Positions 20,576 to 31,105 are shown, counted from the stretch's first letter. The stretch is DNA of 51,617 bases from Chloroflexota bacterium (GCA_027623675.1 JAQBVF010000026.1:1-51617), one strand, 5' to 3'. The notes: generated by a model from the letters alone, not told the origin. A program made the numbers and translations.

Positions 20576-21727
20576 ATGGCCGTGACTCCTTTCAAGATTG
20601 AGATACCCGACGCCGTATTGGACGACCTGACAGAGCGGTTGGGCCGCACCCGCTGGCCCGATGAGATTCCCGGCTCGGACTGGGACTACGGGACCAACCT
20701 GGACTACATCAAGGGGCTGGTGGAGTACTGGCGAACCGGGTTCGACTGGCGGAAGCAGGAGCGATTGATCAACTCCTTCTCCCATTTCAAGGCCGACGTC
20801 GACGGTCTGGAGGTCCACTTCATCCACGAGAAGGGCAAGGGTCCCAACCCCATGCCGCTGGTCATCACCCACGGGTGGCCAGGGACCTTCTTCGAGATGC
20901 ACAAGGTCATCCCCATGCTCAGCGACCCGGCCAGCCACGGCGGAGACCCGGCCGACGCTTTCGACGTGGTCGCGCCGTCCATGCCCGGATACGGATTCTC
21001 CGAAGCATCCCAGAAACGTGGCCTGGACATATTCGCCATCTCCGATATGTGGGCCAAGCTCATGTCGGACAACCTGGGCTACCCCCGGTTCGCCGTTCAG
21101 GGGGGCGACTGGGGCGCCAGGGTGACCGCCAAGCTGGGGCTGTCCCACGGCGACAAGGTGGTGGGCATCCACACGACCTCTGTAACCAGTCTGACGCCAT
21201 TCCAGGGGCCGGGGACCAGGCCATTGTCCGACGCTGAAAAAGCCATGCTGAAACAGCGGGAGCAGTGGCTGGCCGACGAAGGCGGCTACTCGCATATCCA
21301 AAGCACCAAGCCCCAGACACTGTCCTACGGACTCAACGACTCCCCTGCCGGGCTGGCCGCATGGATCGTGGAGAAGTACCGCCGGTGGAGCGACTGCGGC
21401 GGCGACGTGGAAACCAGGTTCACCAAGGACGAACTACTCACAACCGTAACCATCTACTGGGCCACCCAGTCAATCAACTCTTCCACCCGCCTCTACTACG
21501 AGGCGTTCAGAAAGGCCTGGAATTTGGCGGAAGGCGAGAGGATCGAGGTGCCGGTGGCCATCGCGTCGTTCCCCAAGGAGAATTCGGTGCCGCTTCGGGA
21601 GTGGGCGGAGCGTTCATTCAACGTCCAGCAGTGGACGGACATGCCCAGCGGCGGCCATTTCGCGGCGCTGGAAGAGCCGGTCAGGCTGGTCGAGGACATC
21701 CGCAAGTTCTTCCGGGGCTTGCGCTAG
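20576..21727 (+). CDS. epoxide hydrolase (EHN type)
   Basis: HGWPG, PS.PGYGFS, QGGDWG, DSPAGLAAWI.EK, GGHFAALE. Confidence 0.93.
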   Translation: MAVTPFKIEIPDAVLDDLTERLGRTRWPDEIPGSDWDYGTNLDYIKGLVEYWRTGFDWRKQERLINSFSHFKADVDGLEVHFIHEKGKGPNPMPLVITHGWPGTFFEMHKVIPMLSDPASHGGDPADAFDVVAPSMPGYGFSEASQKRGLDIFAISDMWAKLMSDNLGYPRFAVQGGDWGARVTAKLGLSHGDKVVGIHTTSVTSLTPFQGPGTRPLSDAEKAMLKQREQWLADEGGYSHIQSTKPQTLSYGLNDSPAGLAAWIVEKYRRWSDCGGDVETRFTKDELLTTVTIYWATQSINSSTRLYYEAFRKAWNLAEGERIEVPVAIASFPKENSVPLREWAERSFNVQQWTDMPSGGHFAALEEPVRLVEDIRKFFRGLR

Positions 21728-22396
21728 CTAGCAGGCGGCCGCCAGCCACTCCAGCATGGCCGCGATGGCCTCGTCCCACACGTCCTCGCGGATCCTCCCG
21801 CTGGACTTGAGGACGGCGAACCCGTGGTCCGCGCCCTCCAAGATGTGGACCGTGGAATTCGGCACTTTCCCGGCGGCTTCCCGCAGCTCCTCCGGCGTGG
21901 CGAAGGTGTCTCTGGTGCCCGATGCGAAGAAGGTGGGGGCGGCAATCTTCGGCAGGTGCCCGTCCCGCCAGGCCGATCGCGCCAGGGATGACTTGGACGG
22001 GGCATGCAGGGGATAGGCGAACAGGGCGAGGGCGTCGACCGGCGTTCCCTGGGCGGCCACGTTGGAGCCGATGCGGCCTCCCATCGACCTGCCCCCGATG
22101 GCCAGCTTGCCGGTGTCGGGCCGAACGGCGTCTATCACCCGCCGCCAGGTTTCTTCCAACGTGGCAGGCCGGTCCGGCCCCTTGCGCCCGGCCTCCATGT
22201 AGGGAAATTGGAAACGCACAGTGGCGATGCCGGCGGCGGCCAGGCGGGGAGTCAGGTAACGTCCGAACGGATCGTCGATATTGGACCCAGCGCCTGGCGC
22301 GTAGACGAAGGTAAGCCGGGCCGCGCCGTCCGGCACCGTTTTAACCGCAGACACAGCGCCGCCATTCACCGCTATCGCCGATCGCTGTTCTGACAT
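21728..22396 (-). CDS. alpha/beta hydrolase (KANL3/Tex30-like)
   Basis: RFQFPY, GGRSMGGR nucleophile elbow, YPLH, GTRD, ADH. Confidence 0.87.
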   Translation of the reverse strand: MSEQRSAIAVNGGAVSAVKTVPDGAARLTFVYAPGAGSNIDDPFGRYLTPRLAAAGIATVRFQFPYMEAGRKGPDRPATLEETWRRVIDAVRPDTGKLAIGGRSMGGRIGSNVAAQGTPVDALALFAYPLHAPSKSSLARSAWRDGHLPKIAAPTFFASGTRDTFATPEELREAAGKVPNSTVHILEGADHGFAVLKSSGRIREDVWDEAIAAMLEWLAAAC

Positions 22397-22418
22397 CGGG
22401 CTGATCAGTTGCCGCCGG

Positions 22419-24395
22419 CTAACGAGTGAAGTGATCGAAATGCTCGGCAGCTTGGCCGGCGATCACTTCCGAGTCTTCTGCGAGGACGTATCTCTGATTG
22501 ACCAGCTTCTTGGTGGCCTGGTTCACCTGGTCCAGAAACTCGGCTTTGGACGAGTACCGTTCCTCGATGGAAAGCCTCGAGTCTCCCGACGCTGCCCGTT
22601 CTTCCTTGGTTGCCGCGAAGGGAATCACCGACCCGCGCAGTGTGCCGCCCGACGCCCCGCCGGTGGACAGAATCTGTCCGCCGCCGCCGATATCGTCATG
22701 CCGCAGGTTCCAGCCCATGTGGGTCGCCAAGGGCACGGAGACAAAGGGCAGGATTATGCCGGAGAGTTCGTTGGCGTCCTGGTTTACCACCGACACCAGA
22801 TTGGGATACACCTTGCCAATCTTGGCCGGAATCTTGGTCGGCACCATGGGGTCGGGGCCGAAGTCCAAGCGGGTGAACCGGCGCATGGGCTTGGGCAGTT
22901 TCAGGCCGGGGATGCCGCGGAACGCTTCGGCAACGACCTGAGGAGCAACTGCAGTGCCGTCATCGATGCGGGGGTGGCGGCTGGGCGGCGCGGCTTCACC
23001 GGAGGTTACCCAGCGGTCCAGGTTGGTCAGCGCGGCCCGCAAGAGACACCGGTAGTCCACGATGTTGAAGTGGTGTTGTCCGTGGTGTCCATCCACGTCG
23101 TTGTCCACCGGAGGGAACGAGGCCAGGGCGTGCTGCGTCCCGGCAAACACGTAGATGCGCACCTCTTCCGGCCCCGCCACGTCTTTGCTGGCCGTCATAT
23201 CGCTGTGCATCAGTGACCCGTGTCCGGCCCAATACTCGGACGGGGTGTGAGTGTACATGATCTTGGGCAGCCGGCCGAGTTTCGACATCCGCGAAAGCAG
23301 GCCGTCGGTCAGCCCGGTCTCGGGGTCGGTCTGGGCGACGTCGCTGAAGGGGAACAGGCTGTTGCCGCTCCGGGTGGCCTGGCTGGAAGGCTGGGCGAAC
23401 CGGTGGTTGAACTCGCCCATCTTGCCGCCGGCCACATGGGGCATGAAGCCGTCAAATACTTCACGGCCTTCCTCGTCCCAGTTCAACCCCAGGTAGAGGA
23501 ACAACCGCAGGAACCGCCCGCTCTGGGATACGCCGAAGCTGTAGGCGTGCTCGATGGCGCTGGTCAGGGGGTTGCCTTCTGAGGGGGAACTGTACCGAAG
23601 GAACGCGGCCAGGTCTCTGGTGGCCAGGTTACCCAGGCCCACCACCGGCGCGCCCGTGGTCCTGTAGATGACCTGGTAGACCTTGCCCGGCTGGAAACCC
23701 GCCTCAAGATAGACATGGCTGGCATCCGGCACGGGCTGGCCGTTGTCCAGTCGGGCGAACGACCATTGGTCTCTTGGAATCACGTGTTCCTGCGCGTCCT
23801 CGTCGTCTTGGACCGTCAGCACCGCATCCGGGTCTGCCACGTCGGCCGCCGCATAAGGCCGGTGATTGCGGCTGGAGAGGAACTCGGACTTGGACGGCGC
23901 GTTCAGTTGGAAGGTAACGACGATCTTACCCGAGATCGGGCCATCCGGAGTGACGGCGTTGGGAATATCCACCCGCAGCATGCCGGGAACATCCGGAACG
24001 TCGTGCTGCCAGGCGCACCAGACCACTGTATAGCCCATGCGCATCAGGAACCCGTTGCCTGGGTCCATGGGCGCGTCAGGGGTCACTTCGGGAGCGCTGT
24101 TGATGTTCCGGAGGGCCAGCGGCTTACCCCGGTTGGGTATGTCCATCAAGATGCGCCGGTTGGCCTTCTCCGGGTCCACGGGCTGCAGTATCCGAAAGTC
24201 CGACGAGAACGTAACCAGGCCGTCGGCGTTCCGGGGCGCTAAGTTCAGATCGGCGATGGTTTCGTTGGCGGCGTTGTTTGGGTCGACGGCGAACCGGGCT
24301 ACGCCGTCCAATTGCTCATAAGCGCCCACGTCTCCGAAGGACTTGCCTCCGGCGAAGGGCTGCCGGGTCTTGATCTCGATGTTTGTAACTGGCAA
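22419..24395 (-). CDS. large alpha/beta hydrolase domain protein
   Basis: FGDVGAYE, NRG, WQ.D, GVSQSGRFLR, SEYW, AGTQH, GWN, R.SIEERY. Confidence 0.85.
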   Translation of the reverse strand: MPVTNIEIKTRQPFAGGKSFGDVGAYEQLDGVARFAVDPNNAANETIADLNLAPRNADGLVTFSSDFRILQPVDPEKANRRILMDIPNRGKPLALRNINSAPEVTPDAPMDPGNGFLMRMGYTVVWCAWQHDVPDVPGMLRVDIPNAVTPDGPISGKIVVTFQLNAPSKSEFLSSRNHRPYAAADVADPDAVLTVQDDEDAQEHVIPRDQWSFARLDNGQPVPDASHVYLEAGFQPGKVYQVIYRTTGAPVVGLGNLATRDLAAFLRYSSPSEGNPLTSAIEHAYSFGVSQSGRFLRLFLYLGLNWDEEGREVFDGFMPHVAGGKMGEFNHRFAQPSSQATRSGNSLFPFSDVAQTDPETGLTDGLLSRMSKLGRLPKIMYTHTPSEYWAGHGSLMHSDMTASKDVAGPEEVRIYVFAGTQHALASFPPVDNDVDGHHGQHHFNIVDYRCLLRAALTNLDRWVTSGEAAPPSRHPRIDDGTAVAPQVVAEAFRGIPGLKLPKPMRRFTRLDFGPDPMVPTKIPAKIGKVYPNLVSVVNQDANELSGIILPFVSVPLATHMGWNLRHDDIGGGGQILSTGGASGGTLRGSVIPFAATKEERAASGDSRLSIEERYSSKAEFLDQVNQATKKLVNQRYVLAEDSEVIAGQAAEHFDHFTR

Positions 24396-24424
24396 AGGTG
24401 AAACCTCTTGTAAGTGATTGGTAG

Positions 24425-25657
24425 TTAGCGGGCGAATTCGGACGCTATAGAACTGATATCGACGTTCTCCACGCTGGGCCGGGAAGCCCTGATCTCTTGC
24501 ATGACGCCAGGGTCGTAGCTGGCGGTAAGCTCTTTCAGGCGCGGGTAGACCTCTTGGCTGAATAGCTTCATGGAGGACAGGGTCTCATCGAATGTCATGA
24601 AGCCGGCCTGGCTCATCATCATCAGATTGCCAAACCCGCCGCAGTACTCGTAGAAGCTCTTAATCTGCTCGAATACCTGGTCCGGGGTCCCGGCGAACAG
24701 GTTGCCGCGGGCCATCTGCTCGGCCACGGTGGTTGCCGTTGGCAGGCCGGCGCCCGACTGGTTGCCGCGCATCATGGTGGCCGCCATGGCTGGAGCATGG
24801 TAGCCGGGCGGATTGGCGAATTGGGGCGCGACCTTGTTGGAGGTCATGTACCAGAGCAGCTTCTCCGCTCCGTCCAGGCCCTCCTTCTCCGTATCTCCAA
24901 CCGAGACCAGAGCGCAGTAGGCCAGCCGGTCGACGGGCGTCTCCTGGTGGTGGGCCTCCTGGTACGCCTGACGGTAGCCGTCGAAGATGTCGCGAATGCG
25001 GGGGTAGCCGGCCAGGAAGACCGCCCCGATATGTCCTCGCTGCGCCACCTGGGCCGCCGAGCCGCCGCTGCCCATCGTCACCCACACCGGAGGGTGCGGC
25101 TGCTGGTAGGGCCTGGGCCAGATATTGACCTGCCGGGCGTGGAACCAGCGGCCCTCAAAATTGAACGGCCCCTCGTGGTGGGTCCAGGCCTTGGTGATCA
25201 GGTCGTGGGCCTCCCATAGCTTTTCCGTGCCCCGGTAGGGGTATACGTTGGCGGGTGCAATCTCGTAGGGCACGCCCCGCACGAAGCCGCATTCCAGCCG
25301 TCCCCGGGAGAGCACGTCGACCAGAGCCATCTCCTCGGCCACGCGCACTGGTTGGCTGCGGTTGGAAACCGGGTTGCCCAGGATCAGCAGGCGGGCATTC
25401 TTGGTCTCGCGGGCCAGGATGCCCAGCATGATGGGCGCCGCCGGGACCATGCAGGTGGGCGTCTGGTGGTGTTCGTTGTTCATGATGTTCAGGCCCATCT
25501 CATCGGCGGCGCACCACATGTCCAGGTACATGTTATAGAGATCGGCCCCAACTTCCGGGTCGAAATGCTTGTTGGGCAGACTGACCCGGACCGACTCGTA
25601 GGAGTCAGCATCGGGCAGGTAGGGGTAGGCGTCCTCGGTGAAGAACCAAGCTCTCAT
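24425..25657 (-). CDS. LLM class flavin-dependent oxidoreductase
   Basis: NEHHQ, PVRVAEE.A.VDVLSRGRL..GFVRG, WPRPYQQPHPPVW. Confidence 0.92.
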   Translation of the reverse strand: MRAWFFTEDAYPYLPDADSYESVRVSLPNKHFDPEVGADLYNMYLDMWCAADEMGLNIMNNEHHQTPTCMVPAAPIMLGILARETKNARLLILGNPVSNRSQPVRVAEEMALVDVLSRGRLECGFVRGVPYEIAPANVYPYRGTEKLWEAHDLITKAWTHHEGPFNFEGRWFHARQVNIWPRPYQQPHPPVWVTMGSGGSAAQVAQRGHIGAVFLAGYPRIRDIFDGYRQAYQEAHHQETPVDRLAYCALVSVGDTEKEGLDGAEKLLWYMTSNKVAPQFANPPGYHAPAMAATMMRGNQSGAGLPTATTVAEQMARGNLFAGTPDQVFEQIKSFYEYCGGFGNLMMMSQAGFMTFDETLSSMKLFSQEVYPRLKELTASYDPGVMQEIRASRPSVENVDISSIASEFAR

Positions 25658-25710
25658 TACAGGCACCTAGCTATGGGATGATTTCAGGATGCAGGAGCAT
25701 GGGTGGCCGC

Positions 25711-26499
25711 CTAACCGGCCGCGAAATGGCCGAAGATGCGAGCGAACTCGCCGGGCTGTTCAACGTGGGGGTTGTGGCCAGCGTCGGATATCACAGACAT
25801 GCTAGCGCCGGGGATCAGGTCCCGGAGCGCCTCGCCGTACTGCGGCGTTACTATCCCGTCGTTCTCGCCCCAGATCAGGAGCGTGGGTATATCGATGCGG
25901 TGCAGGCGATGGCGGAGCTTGGGGTTGTGCATGTAGGGTTCCCAGGTATAGAGACCATGCGCCACCTTGTCGGCGGCCAACAACTGGAGTTGTTCATCGG
26001 TCATCACCGTCAGGTCTGGCCCGTAGGACTGGTCGTGCCAGGTGGCCTTCAGGAGTTCTTTTTCGGACATGGCGAACACGTCGGCAATGTCCCGGTCCAT
26101 GGGCCCGCCCGGCTTGATGCCCACCGAATCCACCAAGACCAGCTTGGAGAAGAGGGCCGTTCTGCCGGTCATGATTGACGCGATCTCAGCGGCCAGCCAG
26201 CCGCCCATGGCGAATCCCATCAGGACGGCGTCTCTAAGGTCCAGTGAGTCGATCAGGTCCAGATAAAGAAAGACCAGGTCTTGCAGGCCGTCGAAATGCT
26301 CGGGGATCGGCGAGCCGTCAAAGCCGGGGTGCGTCGGGTGCAGCAACTCGAAATCGCCGGAGAGCGCGGTTGCGAAGGGCAGATGGGACACCGGGCCGTC
26401 GCCGCCGTGAAGCACCAGGACCTGGCGTCCGGACCCGCTGCGGACCAGCGGAATGTCCGCTCCGCGCAGTGAGACAACCGGCTTTTCTACGCTGGTCAT
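25711..26499 (-). CDS. alpha/beta hydrolase fold protein with Ala at the nucleophile position (start uncertain, up to 26547)
   Basis: VLHGGDG, HPGF, GFAMGG, PTLLIWGEND, AGHNPH.EQP. Confidence 0.85.
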   Translation of the reverse strand: MTSVEKPVVSLRGADIPLVRSGSGRQVLVLHGGDGPVSHLPFATALSGDFELLHPTHPGFDGSPIPEHFDGLQDLVFLYLDLIDSLDLRDAVLMGFAMGGWLAAEIASIMTGRTALFSKLVLVDSVGIKPGGPMDRDIADVFAMSEKELLKATWHDQSYGPDLTVMTDEQLQLLAADKVAHGLYTWEPYMHNPKLRHRLHRIDIPTLLIWGENDGIVTPQYGEALRDLIPGASMSVISDAGHNPHVEQPGEFARIFGHFAAG

Positions 26500-26785
26500 G
26501 CCCTGGCTCTCAATCTTCTGACCTTCATGGTAACGATGGCTTCTCACATCGGGACTTGAATTCTTCCAGCGCCGCGATTTCGGGGAATTGTACTTCCAGA
26601 ACTTGGGCTAGGCAAACGCTTTGCCTGCCTGGTGGACGGCCCGGCCACCGCGCCTCGGGTGGGAACCTCAGGCGCGGCTGTTGGGGTTAGCCCTGTTGGA
26701 AATGGGTGAGAACATGGTGGTGACCTTGTAGTTAACCGAGGGAAGATGAACAATAGATATACATCGTGGAAAAGAGGAATATCCA

Positions 26786-26950
26786 ATGAATTGTCCGGAG
26801 TGCGGGAATGTAACGCCAAGCACCAAGACGGGGGTCGTGGGGAATACCAAGATCATGTATTTCACCTGCCCCCATTGTCAGGGTTCGCTGGGCGCTGTCG
26901 ACCTCGGCAGAGCGAATAGGGCCGCTTCAAGCTTTCTGAAAGCCGCCTAA
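26786..26950 (+). CDS. 54-aa zinc-ribbon protein (not in the ORF track)
   Basis: GAGG RBS; MNCPECG...FTCPHCQG...FLKAA*. Confidence 0.75.
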   Translation: MNCPECGNVTPSTKTGVVGNTKIMYFTCPHCQGSLGAVDLGRANRAASSFLKAA

Positions 26951-27360
26951 CCCTGTCCACAGTGGGCCGCTGGGTGTGATTCCGGCGGTACTTTTTCCCG
27001 CGGCGGCTGCGAATCCGGCGATAGACCGGTCCGCCGCCTAAGGATCTCTTCGACCAACGGCCGTTCCCGTCAGCTCTTTTCCTGATTCCCCACCCGCGCA
27101 TCTCCAGCTCGAACCGCCAAGCTCGGCGGCAGGCTGTCTCCACGCCGGAGCGCCCGCCGTGGTCCGCGTCCGGCAGGGACGAGTCGTGTACCGGCCCACA
27201 CGCACGGCCATCTGCCTCGCTGCGGTTCGACTCCAAGGCCGCTTAGAATCTGCCGAACAAAGACCTACAATGGCGCAGATTGCCGATGGTGGCTGACCCA
27301 GAACGCAAAGTTTGGTCATAACTCCCTGGCTACGTGAAGCTTGCGCCGATACAATTCATC

Positions 27361-27389
27361 TTGACACCGCCTTTAGCCAATCCTACGAT
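27361..27389 (+). promoter_or_regulatory. sigma70-type promoter of DUF1800/DUF1501/NHL module 2
   Basis: TTGACA-N17-TACGAT. Confidence 0.7.
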
Positions 27390-27467
27390 GACACATCGGC
27401 AGGCCCCAGATCGGTGTCCTTCGGCGGGCCGGCCGGCACCTAGGCAGCGAGATTCGGAGGCGTGAGC

Positions 27468-28871
27468 ATGCCCCAGCAAAAAGACATCGCGCTGATGGCC
27501 CACCTGATGCGGCGCGCTGGGTTCGGCGACCCTCGGCAAGAACTGGAGACCCGCACGGCCAAGGGCTATGAAATGGTTGTCGAGGAGCTTCTGCACCCCG
27601 AGGATCAGCCCGCCATCGACGAAGAGCTCATGTACCGGGTCTTCCCCGGCTACGAGGGGGCGGGACAGGCGCCGATCAACCAGGCCGATTGGGTCTTCCG
27701 CATGGTCAACACCAAACGGCCTTTGGAAGAGAAGATGGCCCTGTTCTGGCATCAGTTGTTCGCCACCGGTAACTCCAAGGTCGACAACCCGCCGGAGCTT
27801 ACCCGGCAGATCTCCATGTTCCGGGAGCACGGATTAGGCAAGTTCGGTGACTTGCTGGTGGAGTTGGCCAAGTCCCCGGCCATGATCTTCTGGTTGGACA
27901 ACCACGGCAACCATGATGGGGCCATCAACGAGAATTGGGGCCGGGAGTTGCTGGAACTCTTCTCGCTGGGCGCGGGCAATTACTCCGAGGACGACATCCA
28001 AGCAGCGTCCAGGGCATTCACCGGCTGGACCATCGGACCCAAGATTCCACGCAATCCACTGGGCCGGTTCTTCTGGAACTTTGAATACAAAGCCGAGGAC
28101 CACGACGAGGGAGAGAAGACTTTCCTGGGCCATACCGGCAACCTGAACGGCGAAGACATCGTGGCCATCATCGTGGACCAACCGGCTTCGTCACGGTTCC
28201 TGGCCCGTCATCTTTACCGGTTCTTCGTCGCCGACGAGCCTCAGGTCTCGAACTGGAATATCACGCCGCCCAACGACCTCGCCGCCATCCAGACCCTGGT
28301 CGATGCCTACGACGAATCCCACGGAGATATCCGTTCTATCCTGCGGGTGTTGTTCAACTCGGATTTCTTCAAGAACGCGCGATTCGCCCGGGTTAAGAGT
28401 CCCGCCGAGCTGATCGTCGGCACGGTGCGTATGGCCGGCAACTATGACGGCTTCCGGCCCGGATACAACAACCTGGCCATCGAGTGCGCCTGGCAGGGAC
28501 AGGAACTGCTCAACCCGCCCAGCGTGGAAGGCTGGCACACCGGCTCCGAATGGATCGACGCTGGCGGGCTCTTGCGGCGGGTGAATTTCGCCTCGGGCAC
28601 ACTGGGCGACACGTCGCTGCCGGGCGTGCGCGCGATCATCGACCGGATCCGGTCCAAGGGCAACATGCCGCCGAAAGCGTATGTGGGCGCCTGCCTTGAA
28701 CTGCTGGGCTCGTTGCGGGTAAATGAAGCGACCTACATCGAATTAATGACCCATGCCATGGCCGGCGGAGACTTGACCTGGGACACCCCGGAAGAGGTCA
28801 AGGCATCAGAGAAGACGGTGGGCAAGATACTAACCCTGATCGCCGCTTCCAGAGACTATCAGTTCGCCTAA
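27468..28871 (+). CDS. DUF1800 family protein (module 2)
   Basis: AHLMRRAGFG, EKMALFWH, WLDN, NENWGRELLELF, RAFTGW, PPSVEGW. Confidence 0.92.
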   Translation: MPQQKDIALMAHLMRRAGFGDPRQELETRTAKGYEMVVEELLHPEDQPAIDEELMYRVFPGYEGAGQAPINQADWVFRMVNTKRPLEEKMALFWHQLFATGNSKVDNPPELTRQISMFREHGLGKFGDLLVELAKSPAMIFWLDNHGNHDGAINENWGRELLELFSLGAGNYSEDDIQAASRAFTGWTIGPKIPRNPLGRFFWNFEYKAEDHDEGEKTFLGHTGNLNGEDIVAIIVDQPASSRFLARHLYRFFVADEPQVSNWNITPPNDLAAIQTLVDAYDESHGDIRSILRVLFNSDFFKNARFARVKSPAELIVGTVRMAGNYDGFRPGYNNLAIECAWQGQELLNPPSVEGWHTGSEWIDAGGLLRRVNFASGTLGDTSLPGVRAIIDRIRSKGNMPPKAYVGACLELLGSLRVNEATYIELMTHAMAGGDLTWDTPEEVKASEKTVGKILTLIAASRDYQFA

Positions 28872-28903
28872 GAGATTGTTCGTAGATAACCCGGGAGAAC
28901 GAC

Positions 28904-30055
28904 ATGGCAACAACCCAAAAAAACTCGGGCAAGAAAGACCCGGTGCTGGTGATGCTGCAACTCACCGGCGCCAACGATTACCTCAACACCATCGTTCCTT
29001 ATTCAGACCCTCTGTATTGGGACAACCGTCCCAAGGTTAAGATATCCGAAGAGCTGTTGCAGCCCATCGACGATGAGCTGGCGTTCCGGCCCGACATGGA
29101 GCCGCTGAAGAAACTCTACGACAACGGCAAGATGGCGATAATCCACGGAGTTGGGTTCGAGAATTCGCCCCGCTCCCACTTCCGAGCCATGGACATCTGG
29201 CACACCTGCGAGCCCGACCATGTTGGGGTCGACGGCTGGCTGGCCAAGGTTATCAGGGACCTGGACCCGACGGGCGAGAATGTGCTGAAGGGCGTAAGTT
29301 TTGGGCAGGGCCTGCCCAGGGCCATGGCCATGCGGGGAGTCCCGGTAACCTCTGTTTCCAACCTTGCCTCATACGGCGTTCTATCAACCGCCCAGGGCAT
29401 CACGTCCGACCGGGAGCGGGCCCAGCTATTGGACAGCTTCGCCCGGATGTACGCCCCGGCCATCGGCACCGGGCCGACCATGGATTACCTGGGACAGGCG
29501 GGGCGGGACGCGATGAAGGGCGCCGACATCATCAGGACTGCACCGGCAAGGTACAGTTCCACCGTTGAGTACGCCAGAAACGCCATCTCGAACAGTCTGA
29601 AGGACGTGGCCCAGGTGCACCTCGCCGGTCTGGGCACACAGATCTTTTACACTTCCCACGGACCCTTCGACACCCATTACAACCAGTCGGGGTCACACAC
29701 CAAGCTGTGGGCTGAGGTATCTCGGGCCGTCGACGATTTCTTTGCCGACCTGCACGAGCACAACGCCGGCGAAGAGGTTGTCCTGATGATGTTCAGCGAA
29801 TTTGGACGCCGCGTCCGCGACAACGGGACCGGCACCGACCACGGAGCGGGTGGCGTGGCTTTCGTAGTCGGGGACCGCGTGAACGGCGGTATGTACGGCA
29901 CCTACCCTTCGTTGAAACCCGAGGACCTGACCCAAGGAGACCTGGCGCCGGGCTATGATTTCCGCGGGCTCTATTCGTCGGTCGTCGAGGGATGGCTGGG
30001 CTTGGACCCGGTGCCGATCGTCGGCGGAAACTTCGAGCAGATGTCCTTTGTTTAA
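28904..30055 (+). CDS. DUF1501 family protein (module 2)
   Basis: QLTGANDYLNT, RSHFR..DIW, FDTH, FSEFGRR, GTDHG; no Tat signal. Confidence 0.92.
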   Translation: MATTQKNSGKKDPVLVMLQLTGANDYLNTIVPYSDPLYWDNRPKVKISEELLQPIDDELAFRPDMEPLKKLYDNGKMAIIHGVGFENSPRSHFRAMDIWHTCEPDHVGVDGWLAKVIRDLDPTGENVLKGVSFGQGLPRAMAMRGVPVTSVSNLASYGVLSTAQGITSDRERAQLLDSFARMYAPAIGTGPTMDYLGQAGRDAMKGADIIRTAPARYSSTVEYARNAISNSLKDVAQVHLAGLGTQIFYTSHGPFDTHYNQSGSHTKLWAEVSRAVDDFFADLHEHNAGEEVVLMMFSEFGRRVRDNGTGTDHGAGGVAFVVGDRVNGGMYGTYPSLKPEDLTQGDLAPGYDFRGLYSSVVEGWLGLDPVPIVGGNFEQMSFV

Positions 30056-30106
30056 GCTACAGCGTCCCGAACTCATTCCCCGTGATCCTTTGCGTGGAGG
30101 ACCAAC

Positions 30107-31105
30107 ATGCTGACCACCGTTGCCGCCGGCCGGGTGTTTGATTACAGCTATTGCATCGGCATGTACAGCCAGTCGGGCCAGGGATTTTGGGCGCCTCAAG
30201 ACTTCGTATTGGGCGAGAATGACCGCCTCTATGTGCTGAGCCGAGGGGCGGAACAACTTGGCCAGCGTGTTAGCAAGATCTCGATGGACCATGAGGTCCA
30301 GGGGCAGTTCGGTTCCTTCGGCGCCGAGGACGGCCGGTTCATCTGGCCACGTTCCATCGATCTGGATGCGCACGGCAGGGTGTACGTCTCAGACGAGTAC
30401 CTCAACCGTATATCCGTGTTCGACGATGAGGGAGCGTTCCGCTACCACTTTGGGCGTCCTGGCAGCGGCGACGGTGAACTGAACGGGCCGTCTGGCATCG
30501 CTTTCGACTCTGGGAACAACCTCTGGGTCGTAGATAGCCTGAACCACCGCGTGCAACACATCAGCCAGACCGGCGAGTTCCTGGCCAAGTTTGGACGACG
30601 GGGCAGCGGCGACGGCGAACTGGAGATGCCGTGGGGGGTATGCGTTGACCGCGAGGACAATATCTTTGTCGCGGACTGGGGCAACAATCGGGTGCAGAAG
30701 TTCTCACCATCGGGTGACCTGTTGGTGAGATTCGAGGTCTCCAGCGGCGGAGTGGGCGACCTGAAGGGTCCATCGGGCGTGGCCGTGGACTCGGACGGCG
30801 ACGTGTACGTGACCGATTGGGGCAACCACCGGGTGCAGATCTACGCCGCCGACGGGCGTTACATCACGGCGCTGGTCGGTGACGCCCAGGAACCCTCTCC
30901 CTGGACGCAGACCTACATCAACGCCAACCCCGAGATCATCAAAGCGAGACGCCGCGCCGACATGGAACCCGAGTGGCGGTTCCGCCGGCCGGTGGCGGTT
31001 AACGTCGATGCCAATGACCGAATAATCGTCCTAGAGTCCTACCGGCACCGCCTCCAGATCTACAACAAGCTGAAGGACTACGAAGAACACTCGCTAAACC
31101 TGTAG
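30107..31105 (+). CDS. NHL-repeat beta-propeller protein (module 2)
   Basis: NHL repeats; paralogous to 15576..16607 including the C-terminal S.W..Y..NP insert. Confidence 0.9.
   Translation: MLTTVAAGRVFDYSYCIGMYSQSGQGFWAPQDFVLGENDRLYVLSRGAEQLGQRVSKISMDHEVQGQFGSFGAEDGRFIWPRSIDLDAHGRVYVSDEYLNRISVFDDEGAFRYHFGRPGSGDGELNGPSGIAFDSGNNLWVVDSLNHRVQHISQTGEFLAKFGRRGSGDGELEMPWGVCVDREDNIFVADWGNNRVQKFSPSGDLLVRFEVSSGGVGDLKGPSGVAVDSDGDVYVTDWGNHRVQIYAADGRYITALVGDAQEPSPWTQTYINANPEIIKARRRADMEPEWRFRRPVAVNVDANDRIIVLESYRHRLQIYNKLKDYEEHSLNL

Noticed and set aside
26951..27460. Coding potential between the microprotein and DUF1800 module 2
   Set aside because: ORFs lack motifs or RBS; the region contains the module 2 promoter.
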